Shown here one piece after another: positions 43,049 to 51,420 of a stretch of 64,000 nucleotides of DNA. Source of the DNA: Candidatus Nitrosocosmicus sp. Lineage in GTDB: Bacteria; Methylomirabilota; Methylomirabilia; Rokubacteriales; CSP1-6. The first letter of the stretch is position 1, and each line of letters starts with the position of its first letter. The notes beneath the pieces were generated by a model. It was not told where the DNA came from, made no database searches, and saw only the letters and a list, made by a program, of their open reading frames with translations. The translations under genes and the position numbers were made by a program. The DNA lies in assembly GCA_035654455.1 (NCBI GenBank), contig DASRWT010000033.1, positions 3,975 through 67,974 of the forward strand, given 5' to 3'.

Positions 43049-43942
43049 GTGCCCATCGCCTCGCGGGGGCAAGAGCTGCTCTCGGCGGACTTCCTGGCGC
43101 AGCTCGAGCGGCTGGCGCTGCTGTCGCGGCGGTCCTTCCGCGGCCGGGTCAAGGGTGAGCGGCGCAGCCCCCGCAAGGGCATCAGCGTCGAGTTCTCCGA
43201 TTACCGGCCGTACGGCCACGGCGACGACCTCCGCTACGTGGACTGGAACATCTACGGGCGGCTCGACCGCCTCTACGTCAAGCTCTTCGTGGACGAGGAG
43301 GATCTCTGCCTGAACCTCCTGCTGGACGCCTCCGCCTCCATGAGCTTCGGCGAGCCGAGCAAGCTCGACTACGGCGCGCGGCTGGCGGCGGCGCTGGGCG
43401 TGGTCGGCCTCGTGAATCTCGAGCGCGTGGGCGTGGGGGTGGTGCGCGAGCTCATCGCCGAGGGCTGGAACCCGACCCGGGGCCGTGGGCAGGTGCTGCC
43501 GCTCCTGGACTTCCTCCGCCGCGTGCGGCCGGGCGGCGGGACCTCGCTCAATGCGGGGCTGGGCGCGTGGACCCTGCGCACGCGCGAGGCCGGGCTCGCC
43601 GTCCTCATCTCGGATCTCATGGATCCGGCCGGCTACGAGCGCGGCCTCCGGGGATTGCTGGAGCACCGGCACGACGTGCACGTGATCCACCTCCTGGCCG
43701 CGGAGGAGATGAATCCGTCCTGGGGCGGCGACCTGCGACTGGAAGACGCCGAGACGGGCGAGATGCGCGATCTCACCCTCGACACGGACGCGCTGCGCGT
43801 GTACCGGCAGCGGCTGCACGAGTTTCTCGAGAAGGCCGAGGCCTTCTGCCGCGCCAACGAGATCGGCTATCACCGGGTGGTGACCGACACCCCGGTGGAG
43901 GAGTTCATGCTTCGACAGCTCAAGGGCTTCCTGGTCGGATGA
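43049..43942 (+). CDS. DUF58 protein (vWA-like, MoxR partner)
   Basis: GERRSPRKGISVEFSDYRPYGHGDDLRYVDWN signature, MIDAS-like LDASAS. GTG 43049 lies just after the upstream stop. TTG 42971 is an overlapping alternative start. Confidence 0.85.
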   Translation: MPIASRGQELLSADFLAQLERLALLSRRSFRGRVKGERRSPRKGISVEFSDYRPYGHGDDLRYVDWNIYGRLDRLYVKLFVDEEDLCLNLLLDASASMSFGEPSKLDYGARLAAALGVVGLVNLERVGVGVVRELIAEGWNPTRGRGQVLPLLDFLRRVRPGGGTSLNAGLGAWTLRTREAGLAVLISDLMDPAGYERGLRGLLEHRHDVHVIHLLAAEEMNPSWGGDLRLEDAETGEMRDLTLDTDALRVYRQRLHEFLEKAEAFCRANEIGYHRVVTDTPVEEFMLRQLKGFLVG

Positions 43943-46900
43943 GCTTCCTCTCCCCGCTGTCGTTGCTGCTGGCGACGCTCGCCGTCCCCCTGATGCTGCT
44001 TTACTTCCTGAAGGTGCGGCGCCGGCCGCAGCGCGTGTCGAGCCTCCTCCTCTGGGATCCCGCGCTCCGCGACCGCGAAGCCTCCGCCTTCTTCCAGCGC
44101 CTCCAGCGCGACCCGCTGATGCTGCTGCAGATCCTGGCCCTCATCGCGCTGGCGGTCGCGGTGGCGCGGCCCTCGGTGACGGTGAGCGGGTACGGGGCCA
44201 AGCGGGTGGTGGTGGTGCTGGACACCTCCGCCTCCATGAAGGCAACCGACCTCTCGCCCTCGCGGTTCGCGCACGCCCAGCGCGAGGCGCTCGGGCTGGT
44301 GAGCCGCCTCGGCGAAGGCGCCGAGGTCATGGTCATCGAGTCGGGAGTGCAGCCCAAGGTGCTCGCGCCCTTCACGCGCGACCGGGCCGAGGTGGTGGGC
44401 GCGATCCGGTCCGCGCACGCCCGGGACCTGCCGAACCGGCTGGGAGACGGCATTCGCACCGCGCGGGCCCTGGTGGGGCCCGATCCGCGCGCGGAGATTC
44501 ACGTCTTCACCGACGGCGCGCACCCGGAAGCGGTGAAGGGCCAGGGGGACGACGTCCGCGTGCGCTGGACGGGGGTGGGACAGCGCGGGCGCAACGTGGC
44601 CATCACCAACCTCGCCGTCCGGCGGAACTACTTCGGGGCGTTCGACTCCCAGGCCTTCCTCTCGGTGGTGAACTTCTCCCCCGAGGTGCAGTCCTTCTCC
44701 TTCACCCTGCACCTGGACAACGACCTCATCGCCGAGAAGTCCCTCACGCTGGAGCCGAACGTCCGCCGCGCGGTGGTGCTGCCGTTCAGCCATCCCGGCG
44801 GCGGCGTGGTGCGGGCGCGCCTCAACGTCTCCGACGACCTCGAGGCCGACAATGCGGCCTATGCGGTGATCCCGCCGCCGCGCGATATCGCCGTTCTGCT
44901 GGTGAGCCCGGGCAACCTCTTCCTCGAGAAGGTGCTGAAGACCGACCCGCAGGTGAAGCTCGAGGTGCGGACGCCGGACGCGTACCAGGGCGGCATGGAG
45001 AACTTCGACGTGGTGGTGGTGGACGGCGCGAATCCGGCCCGCATCGGGAACGGGCGCTTCGTGCTGGTCAACTCCGCCCCCGGCGACGTGCCCATCGAGG
45101 TGCTGGGCCGCCTGGAGTCCCCGGTGGTGATGGACTGGGACCGCACCCATCCCATCATGCGGCAGATCGACTTCGCGAAGATCGCCATCGAGGAGGCGAT
45201 GCGCGTCCGCCCCCTGGCTCCCGGCAAGACCCTGGTGGAGGCGGTGGGCGGGCCCCTCATCTATCTGCTCGAGGAGCGCGACCGCAAGGCGGTGTTCTTC
45301 GGCTTCGACCTCTTCCGCTCGGACTTTCCGCTGCGCGTGGCGTTTCCGCTCATGCTCTCGAAGAGCCTGCGCTGGCTGCACCCCGCGGGGCTGGATCAGG
45401 CCAGCCTCCAGCTCGCCACCGGCCAGCCCATCCTGCTTCCCGTCGAGCACGGGGTGACCAGCGCCACCGTGAAGACGCCGTCGGGGCGAGTGGTGCAGGC
45501 CCAGGTCAACCGCGGCCTCGCCAGCTTCACGGAAACGGACGAGGTGGGCGTCTACCGCGTGACCACTTCCCGCGGCGAGACCCGCGTGGCCGTCAATATC
45601 GGGACCGGGGACGAGTCGGATCTCACCCCGCGGCCCGTTCCCTCCTTCGTGGAAGGGGCGCGTCCCGAGGTCGCCCCCGTGCCCGTGCAGCGCGAGCTCT
45701 GGCCGTACTTCGTCCTCTTTGCGCTGGCGGTGTTCGCGCTGGAGGGCTTCCTCTACTGGCGGCGCCAGACGGCCGGACGGCTGGTGCTGCCGTTCACCAG
45801 CGGCGAGCGCTGGGCGCTGGGCTTGCGCTGCGTGCTCCTCGCGGTGCTGGTGGTGGCGCTGGCGCGACCCACCGTGCCGCGCTGGGTGGACCGCCTGAAC
45901 GTGCTGTTTCTCCTGGACGTCTCGGACAGCGTGAGCCTGGCCGCGCGGGAGAACGCCTTCCGCTTCGCGGCCCAGGCGGCGCAGTCGCTGCAGCCCGGCG
46001 ATCAGGCCGGCCTCATCGTGTTCGGCGAGGAGGCGGTGGTCGATCAGACGCTGAAGCCCTCCGCCAAGCTCGATCGCCCGCAAGTGCAGGTGGGCGGGCG
46101 AGGCACCAATCTCGCCCAGGCGCTGCAGCTGGCGCTGGCCACCGCGCCCCCCGGCCACGCCAACCGCTTCGTGCTCCTCACCGACGGGCGCCAGAACGCG
46201 GGCAATGCCCTCGCGGTGGCGCAAGCGGCCAAGGACGCGGGCGCCGACGTGTTCTACGTTCCCGCTCCGCTCACCTTCAAGCAGGAAGTGGTGGTGGAGT
46301 CCATGGTGTTGCCGGTGGAGGTGAAGTTCGGCGAGCCGTTCCAGGCCAAGGTGGTGGCGTGGAGCCAGGCCGACACCCAGGGCCGCCTGTCGCTGTACCG
46401 GAACGGCGAGTTCCTCGGCTCGCAGGTGGTGCGCATGGCCGCGGGCAAGAACGTCTACACGTACCGGCAGGCGCTGGAGCAGAGCGGCATCCACGTCTAT
46501 CAGGCCGCCATCGAGGTCGAGGGCGACACCATCGAGGAGAACAACCGCGCGGTGGGCACGGTGGTGGTGCGCGGCCGGCCCCAGGTGCTGCTGGCCGAGA
46601 AGGACAAGGCCCAGGGCCAGACGCTGGCCGCCGCCCTGCGCGCCCAGCACGTGGACGTGGAGGTGGTGGAGCCGGACCGCATCCCCAAGGACATGGCGGG
46701 GCTGCAGAAGTACGACGGGATCATCCTCTCCAATGTCTCGTCGCTCAAGATGACCAAGAAGCAGATGGAGAACATCCGGGACTACGTCCGTGACCAGGGC
46801 GGCGGGCTCATCATGCTGGGCGGCGAGGAGAGCTTCGGACTGGGCGGCTACTACCGCACGCCCATCGAGGAAGCCCTGCCGGTGACCATGGAGGTGAAGC

Positions 46901-48336
46901 AGAAGCTCGAGATCCCGAGCCTCGCGGTGGTGCTGTCCATCGACCGCTCGGGCTCCATGGCCATGACCACCGACAGCAAGGTTACCAAGCTCGACATCGC
47001 CAAGGAAGCCTCGCACCTCGTGGTGGATCTGCTCGACGAGCGGAACGAGGTGGGCGTGATGAGCTGGGACACCGAGTTCATCTGGGACTCGCCCATGCGG
47101 GGCGCCCGCGACAAGCAGGCCATCCACAATGCCATCGCCACCATCAAGGCGGGCGGAGGGACGGACGGCTACCCCGCGCTCAAGGAGTCGTACCAGGTGC
47201 TCTTCGAGCGGTCCGCTCTCCTCAAGCACGTCATCTTCCTCTCCGACGGGCAGATGACCCGCGGGGACTTCTCGGGGCTGATCCGCCGCATGGCCAAGGA
47301 CAAGATCACGGTGTCCACGGTGGCCATCGGCAAGGACGCCGACGCCCAGCTCATGTTCGACATCGCGAAGTGGGGCCGCGGGCGCTTCTACTACACGGAA
47401 GACGACACCACCATCCCGCGCATCTTCACCCTGGAGACGCAGCTCGCCTCCAAGGCTTCGCTGGTCGAGCAGCCCTTCAAGGCCTCGGTGGGCTCGCCCG
47501 CCCATGAGGCGATCCAGGACATCGACTGGAAGGGCGCGCCGCCGCTGGGCGGCTATGTGGCCACCTCGCTCAAGGGCACCGCGGACATGGTGCTGCTCAC
47601 GCATCAGGAGGATCCGCTCCTCGCCACCTGGCGCTACGGGCTCGGCCGCACCGCGGCCTTCACGTCGGACGCCAAGGCGAAGTGGGCGGTGCTCTGGATG
47701 CGCTGGGGCGGGTTCAACAAGTTCTGGTCCCAGCTCACGCGCTGGACGTTGCGGACGGGAACGCGCAGCGACACCGTGGCCTCGGTGCAGCGCAACGACG
47801 AGACGGGCGAGATCGTGGTGGACGCGGTGGACCCCCGGGGGGAGTTCATCAACTTCCTCGACTCCCAGGTGGGCGTGGTGGCGCCGGACAAGCAGCGAAG
47901 CGTGGTGGAGCTCGAGCAGGTGGGACCGGGACGCTATCGCGGGCGCTTCCCCGCCTCGCGCGAGGGCGTGTATCTCGTCGCCATGTCGCAGCGCCGGGGC
48001 GAGCAAATGGTGGGCTCCCAGCTCGCCGGACTGGTGGTACCGTACTCCCAGGAGTTCAAGGAGCTCGGGGTGGACGAGGCGCTGCTCCGGGAGCTGTCGG
48101 AGCTGACCGGGGGAGGGGTGCTCGCCCAGCCGCGCGACGCATTCCTGCAGGCCCGGCGGCGGTCGCGGCTGTCTCTCGAGCTCTGGCCGTGGCTGGTGGG
48201 GCTGGTGGCGGTGATGTTGATCCCGGAGATCGCGCTCCGGCGCGTGGGGCCCGGCCTTCTCGGCCGGATCGTGGCGCCGGTCCGACGGCTCTGGGAACGA
48301 GGGGAGACCGGAAATGCGACTCCGCGCGATCCCTAG
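43939..48336 (+). CDS. fused BatA-N-terminal / triple-vWA / GATase1-like multi-pass membrane protein (1465 aa)
   Basis: Real part of ORF 43567..48336, with ATG 43939 overlapping the DUF58 stop. N-terminus MSFLSPLSLLLATLAVPLMLLYFLKVRRRP (aerotolerance BatA_N type). DxSxS motifs at 44221, 45916 and 46942. Internal TM pair near 45700-45860 and a C-terminal TM segment. Confidence 0.85.
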   Translation: MSFLSPLSLLLATLAVPLMLLYFLKVRRRPQRVSSLLLWDPALRDREASAFFQRLQRDPLMLLQILALIALAVAVARPSVTVSGYGAKRVVVVLDTSASMKATDLSPSRFAHAQREALGLVSRLGEGAEVMVIESGVQPKVLAPFTRDRAEVVGAIRSAHARDLPNRLGDGIRTARALVGPDPRAEIHVFTDGAHPEAVKGQGDDVRVRWTGVGQRGRNVAITNLAVRRNYFGAFDSQAFLSVVNFSPEVQSFSFTLHLDNDLIAEKSLTLEPNVRRAVVLPFSHPGGGVVRARLNVSDDLEADNAAYAVIPPPRDIAVLLVSPGNLFLEKVLKTDPQVKLEVRTPDAYQGGMENFDVVVVDGANPARIGNGRFVLVNSAPGDVPIEVLGRLESPVVMDWDRTHPIMRQIDFAKIAIEEAMRVRPLAPGKTLVEAVGGPLIYLLEERDRKAVFFGFDLFRSDFPLRVAFPLMLSKSLRWLHPAGLDQASLQLATGQPILLPVEHGVTSATVKTPSGRVVQAQVNRGLASFTETDEVGVYRVTTSRGETRVAVNIGTGDESDLTPRPVPSFVEGARPEVAPVPVQRELWPYFVLFALAVFALEGFLYWRRQTAGRLVLPFTSGERWALGLRCVLLAVLVVALARPTVPRWVDRLNVLFLLDVSDSVSLAARENAFRFAAQAAQSLQPGDQAGLIVFGEEAVVDQTLKPSAKLDRPQVQVGGRGTNLAQALQLALATAPPGHANRFVLLTDGRQNAGNALAVAQAAKDAGADVFYVPAPLTFKQEVVVESMVLPVEVKFGEPFQAKVVAWSQADTQGRLSLYRNGEFLGSQVVRMAAGKNVYTYRQALEQSGIHVYQAAIEVEGDTIEENNRAVGTVVVRGRPQVLLAEKDKAQGQTLAAALRAQHVDVEVVEPDRIPKDMAGLQKYDGIILSNVSSLKMTKKQMENIRDYVRDQGGGLIMLGGEESFGLGGYYRTPIEEALPVTMEVKQKLEIPSLAVVLSIDRSGSMAMTTDSKVTKLDIAKEASHLVVDLLDERNEVGVMSWDTEFIWDSPMRGARDKQAIHNAIATIKAGGGTDGYPALKESYQVLFERSALLKHVIFLSDGQMTRGDFSGLIRRMAKDKITVSTVAIGKDADAQLMFDIAKWGRGRFYYTEDDTTIPRIFTLETQLASKASLVEQPFKASVGSPAHEAIQDIDWKGAPPLGGYVATSLKGTADMVLLTHQEDPLLATWRYGLGRTAAFTSDAKAKWAVLWMRWGGFNKFWSQLTRWTLRTGTRSDTVASVQRNDETGEIVVDAVDPRGEFINFLDSQVGVVAPDKQRSVVELEQVGPGRYRGRFPASREGVYLVAMSQRRGEQMVGSQLAGLVVPYSQEFKELGVDEALLRELSELTGGGVLAQPRDAFLQARRRSRLSLELWPWLVGLVAVMLIPEIALRRVGPGLLGRIVAPVRRLWERGETGNATPRDP

Positions 48337-49660
48337 CCGGGCAGTAGTCGGCGCGCTCCTGGGGGGCCTGGTGCTGCTGGGCGCCTCCACGGCGATCGCC
48401 AAACCGCGTAGCGTGCTCATCCTGCCCTTCGCGCCCATGGATCTCGGGCGCGACGAGCAGTGGCTCGGCGAGGCCGTGGCGGAGAGCCTGGGGCTCGCCC
48501 TCCTGCAGGTTCCCGCGCTGGTGCAGATCGATCGCGGGCGCCTCAAGACGCTGCCCCAGCCCGAATCCTGGACCGAGCAGTCCGCGCTGTCGGCGGCCCG
48601 GGCGCTGAGCGCCGATGTCGCGCTGTACGGCGAGGTTCGCCGCAGCGCGGGGGACCTGTCCATCCTGCCGCGGTTCGTCGAGGTGAAGGGCGATCAGGGG
48701 ACGCACGGCACGCTGGAGGCGGTGGCGGTGCCGGAGGGCGCGCTCCTCGAGCGGCTCAAGACCATGCCCCTGGCCTATCTGCGCGCGCTGAAGGTGCCGG
48801 CCACCGACGCCGAGATCGCTCGCGTGCAGAAGTACGCCGCGCCGACCGGGTCCGCTCGCGCCTACGAGGCCTATATCAAGGGCCAGATCTCGGCGCAGCG
48901 GGGCACCCAGGAGGGGAACGAGGCGGCGGTGGACCTCCTCGGCCGCGCGGTGGAGCTCGACCCGCAGTTCGTGGTGTCCCAGTACGGTCTGGGCGTGGTC
49001 CACCAGACCCTGGGCAATCGGTGGAAGGCCGCCGCGCAGTTCCGCGCCTCCACCCAGCTCGATCCGACCTATCCCGAGCCCTACAAGGCCCTCGGTGACC
49101 TCTTCCTCACCGCGCCGCGGCGGCTCTTCGACCAGGCCATCGAGGCCTACAACAAGGCGCTCGAGCTGCGGCCGTACTTCGCCGACGCCTATGCGGGGCT
49201 GGGAGATGCCAGCGCCGCCAAGGGCGACGTGAACGCCGCGGTGGCGGCCTATCAGAAGGCGCTCGTGCACAACCCGCTCAATCCGCGCGTGTACGTGAGC
49301 CTGGGCAAGATCTACTACGGCGAGAAGCAGCTCTACTTCGAGGCGGTCACCGCCTACAAGAAGGCGGTGGAGCTGGACCCGCGCTATATCGAGGCCCGGA
49401 TGGGCCTGGCCGAGGTCTACGAGGACAAGGGGTTGTATCAGGACGCCATCGGGGAGTATCGCAAGGTCGTGGACCAGGACGACAAGAACACCGGCGCGCT
49501 CTACAACCTGGCCCTGGTCTACGAGAAGGTGGATCCCAAGGAGGCCATCAGCCTCTGGGAGCGGTACATCGCGCTGGCCGGGCCTCAGCCCACGGAGAAG
49601 GACTGGGTGGACGTGGCGCGGCTGCACCTGCGCAAGCTGAAGTCCCAGTACAAGGACTAG
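48314..49660 (+). CDS. secreted TPR-repeat protein (BatC/BatE-like position)
   Basis: Signal peptide AVVGALLGGLVLLGASTAIA, then about 7 TPR units (AYNKALELRPYFADAYAGLGDA...). Overlaps the previous gene by 23 nt. SD GGGGAG. Confidence 0.8.
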   Translation: MRLRAIPSRAVVGALLGGLVLLGASTAIAKPRSVLILPFAPMDLGRDEQWLGEAVAESLGLALLQVPALVQIDRGRLKTLPQPESWTEQSALSAARALSADVALYGEVRRSAGDLSILPRFVEVKGDQGTHGTLEAVAVPEGALLERLKTMPLAYLRALKVPATDAEIARVQKYAAPTGSARAYEAYIKGQISAQRGTQEGNEAAVDLLGRAVELDPQFVVSQYGLGVVHQTLGNRWKAAAQFRASTQLDPTYPEPYKALGDLFLTAPRRLFDQAIEAYNKALELRPYFADAYAGLGDASAAKGDVNAAVAAYQKALVHNPLNPRVYVSLGKIYYGEKQLYFEAVTAYKKAVELDPRYIEARMGLAEVYEDKGLYQDAIGEYRKVVDQDDKNTGALYNLALVYEKVDPKEAISLWERYIALAGPQPTEKDWVDVARLHLRKLKSQYKD

Positions 49661-49818
49661 CGCGCGGGAGCCGTCCCAGCAGCGCTCGGGCGGGGACCGC
49701 GAGCGGTCCCGTGAGGTCGATCGGCTCTTCGCGGCCGTCGACGTCCTCCCGCACGTTCACCTCGTCGCAGTCGATGCCCCTCGCCCTCGACTGCGCCATG
49801 AAAACGGGTCCCGTCTTG

Positions 49819-49847
49819 TTGACTTGCTGCGTCGCATTCTCTAATGT
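49819..49847 (+). promoter_or_regulatory. sigma70-type promoter giving a leaderless GalT-like mRNA
   Basis: TTGACT (49819-49824), 17-nt spacer, TAATGT (49842-49847). ATG 49857 is only 9 nt downstream and there is no SD. Confidence 0.6.
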
Positions 49848-49856
49848 GGCCGGGCC

Positions 49857-50849
49857 ATGAGCGAGAGCGATCTCCGTAAGGATCCAACCCGGGGCCAGTG
49901 GGTGCTCGTGCGGCCGCCCGGCGCGCCGAAGGCCGACGGGAGCGAGTGTCCCTTCTGCCCAGGAAACGAGCGGCTGACGCCGCCCGAGACCGCGTGTTAC
50001 CGAAAGGACGGGGCGCCCGCCAACGGGGCGGACTGGTCGGTGCGCGCCATCCCGGAGCGGGACCCGTATTTTCGCATCGAGCTACCGCTCCTGCGGGAGG
50101 GGGTGGGGCTCTACGACAAGATCTCGCCTCGGGGGGCTACCGAGCTCATCATCGAGAGCCCGCGCCACGAGGACACCCCCGCCACCATGCCGGAGGCGCA
50201 GTGGGAGCAGGTGCTGTGGATGTACGGGGAGCGGATCCGTGACCTGAAGCGCGATCTGGCCATCCGAGACATCCTGGTCACGCGGCGGCACCGCATCAAG
50301 GGAGCGAGGATCACGCATCCCTACTCTCGCGTCACCGCCATCCCCATCATCTTCGGCGACAACCGGCGCAAGCTCGACGAGGCGCGCGACTACTACCGCT
50401 ACAAGCATCGCTGCATCTACTGCGACATCGTCCGTCAGGAGCTGGCGGACCGCGAGCGGGTGGTGCACGAGACGGAGCGGTTCGTGGTGGTGGTGCCCTA
50501 CGCGGCGCGATCCCCGTTCGAGACCTGGATCCTGCCGCGGCAGCACGCGGCCGCCTACGAGGATGTCCTGTCCGGGGACATGGTGGCGGATCTGGCGCGG
50601 GTGCTCGCCGGCTGCTTCCGGACCTTCGGGAGCGTCCTCGGCGACCCCTCCATGGAGCTGACCCTGTTCAACGCCCCCAACCGGGCCTCCAAGGTCATGG
50701 CCGGGGAATGGGCCACCCTGGCCGACGATTATCACTGGCATTTCGATGTCTTACCGCGCCCCGAGCGCCTCAAGCGCATCGGCGGGATTTACGTGAACAC
50801 GACCCTCCCCGAGGACGCTGCGGGGCGTCTCCGGGACGCCTGGGTCTAG
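49857..50849 (+). CDS. galactose-1-phosphate uridylyltransferase-family (GalT-like, HIT superfamily) protein
   Basis: RGQWVLVRP, Zn site CPFCPGNE, second-half FVVVVPYAARSPFETWILPRQH and HWHFDVLPRP. All align by eye to E. coli GalT. Confidence 0.8.
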   Translation: MSESDLRKDPTRGQWVLVRPPGAPKADGSECPFCPGNERLTPPETACYRKDGAPANGADWSVRAIPERDPYFRIELPLLREGVGLYDKISPRGATELIIESPRHEDTPATMPEAQWEQVLWMYGERIRDLKRDLAIRDILVTRRHRIKGARITHPYSRVTAIPIIFGDNRRKLDEARDYYRYKHRCIYCDIVRQELADRERVVHETERFVVVVPYAARSPFETWILPRQHAAAYEDVLSGDMVADLARVLAGCFRTFGSVLGDPSMELTLFNAPNRASKVMAGEWATLADDYHWHFDVLPRPERLKRIGGIYVNTTLPEDAAGRLRDAWV

Positions 50850-50960
50850 AGGCAAAAATGGGTGAACGGCTTGACTTCCTGAGAGCTTGGGTGCAGACTC
50901 CGACCATTAAGGTCGCCGATCGAAACGGTCGGAGATAGGCCGGAGGCGGGGAAGACCAGG

Positions 50961-51398
50961 ATGCTGCGATTCACCAAGCGGGCGGACTACGGGCTGATGG
51001 CCATTCACTTCATCGCCGCCCATCCGGATGAAGCGGCCATGAGCGCGAAGCGGATCGCCGAGGAGTTCAAGATCCCGGCGGAGCTGCTGGCCAAGATCCT
51101 CCAGCGCCTGGCCAAGAAGAAGCTGATCGTGAGCCACAACGGGCCAAAGGGCGGCTACGTGCTGGCGCGCTCGCGGCACGACATCACGGTGGGAGAGGTG
51201 CTGCGGGCGCTCGAGGGGCCGGTGCAGATCACGAGCTGCGTGGTGGACGATCACTGTCCACAGTACTCGCGCTGCAACCTGCGGCTGCCCGTGCAGAAGA
51301 TCCAGGCCAGCATCACCTCGATGCTGGACGGCATGACCCTGGCCGAGCTGAGCGCCGACGCGGTGGTTCCGGTGGCGGCGCTGACCGCGGCCCGATAG
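50961..51398 (+). CDS. iscR: Rrf2-family regulator, IscR-like
   Basis: MLRFTKRADYGLMAIHF...GPKGGYVLAR, plus a C-x5-C-x5-C cluster-ligand spacing (SCVVDDHCPQYSRC). It is the first gene of the ISC operon. Confidence 0.85.
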   Translation: MLRFTKRADYGLMAIHFIAAHPDEAAMSAKRIAEEFKIPAELLAKILQRLAKKKLIVSHNGPKGGYVLARSRHDITVGEVLRALEGPVQITSCVVDDHCPQYSRCNLRLPVQKIQASITSMLDGMTLAELSADAVVPVAALTAAR

Positions 51399-51420
51399 AC
51401 GAGAGGGGAGACGGAGACCG

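Noticed and set aside
43870-48663. 1597-aa minus-strand ORF, the longest in the track, and similar giants (7504..9870 +, 14836..17295 -, 16669..19230 +, 54069..56102 -, 1701..2756 +, 25369..28005 upstream extension)
   Set aside because: Each lies antisense or out of frame to a gene with clear family motifs (vWA/BatA, NDH-2, MscS, amidase, HscA and others). Their translations are Arg/Pro/Gly/Ala-rich with no recognisable domains. Long stop-free mirror frames are expected in DNA this GC-rich.
49548-49799. 83-aa minus-strand ORF starting in the 196-bp gap after the TPR gene, with G/C-rich third positions in its first 45 codons
   Set aside because: It has no SD, -10 box or recognisable domain. 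It would have to overlap 113 nt of the convergent TPR gene, where its codon bias collapses. The G/C bias in the gap is not distinguishable from background GC richness. It would only be worth revisiting if transcript or peptide data appear.
50859-50938. 26-codon ORF (MGERLDFLRAWVQTPTIKVADRNGRR) in the iscR leader, considered as a uORF or leader peptide
   Set aside because: About half of its third positions are A/T, against almost none in real genes here. It has no SD, and it overlaps the predicted promoter and inverted repeat. More likely non-coding.
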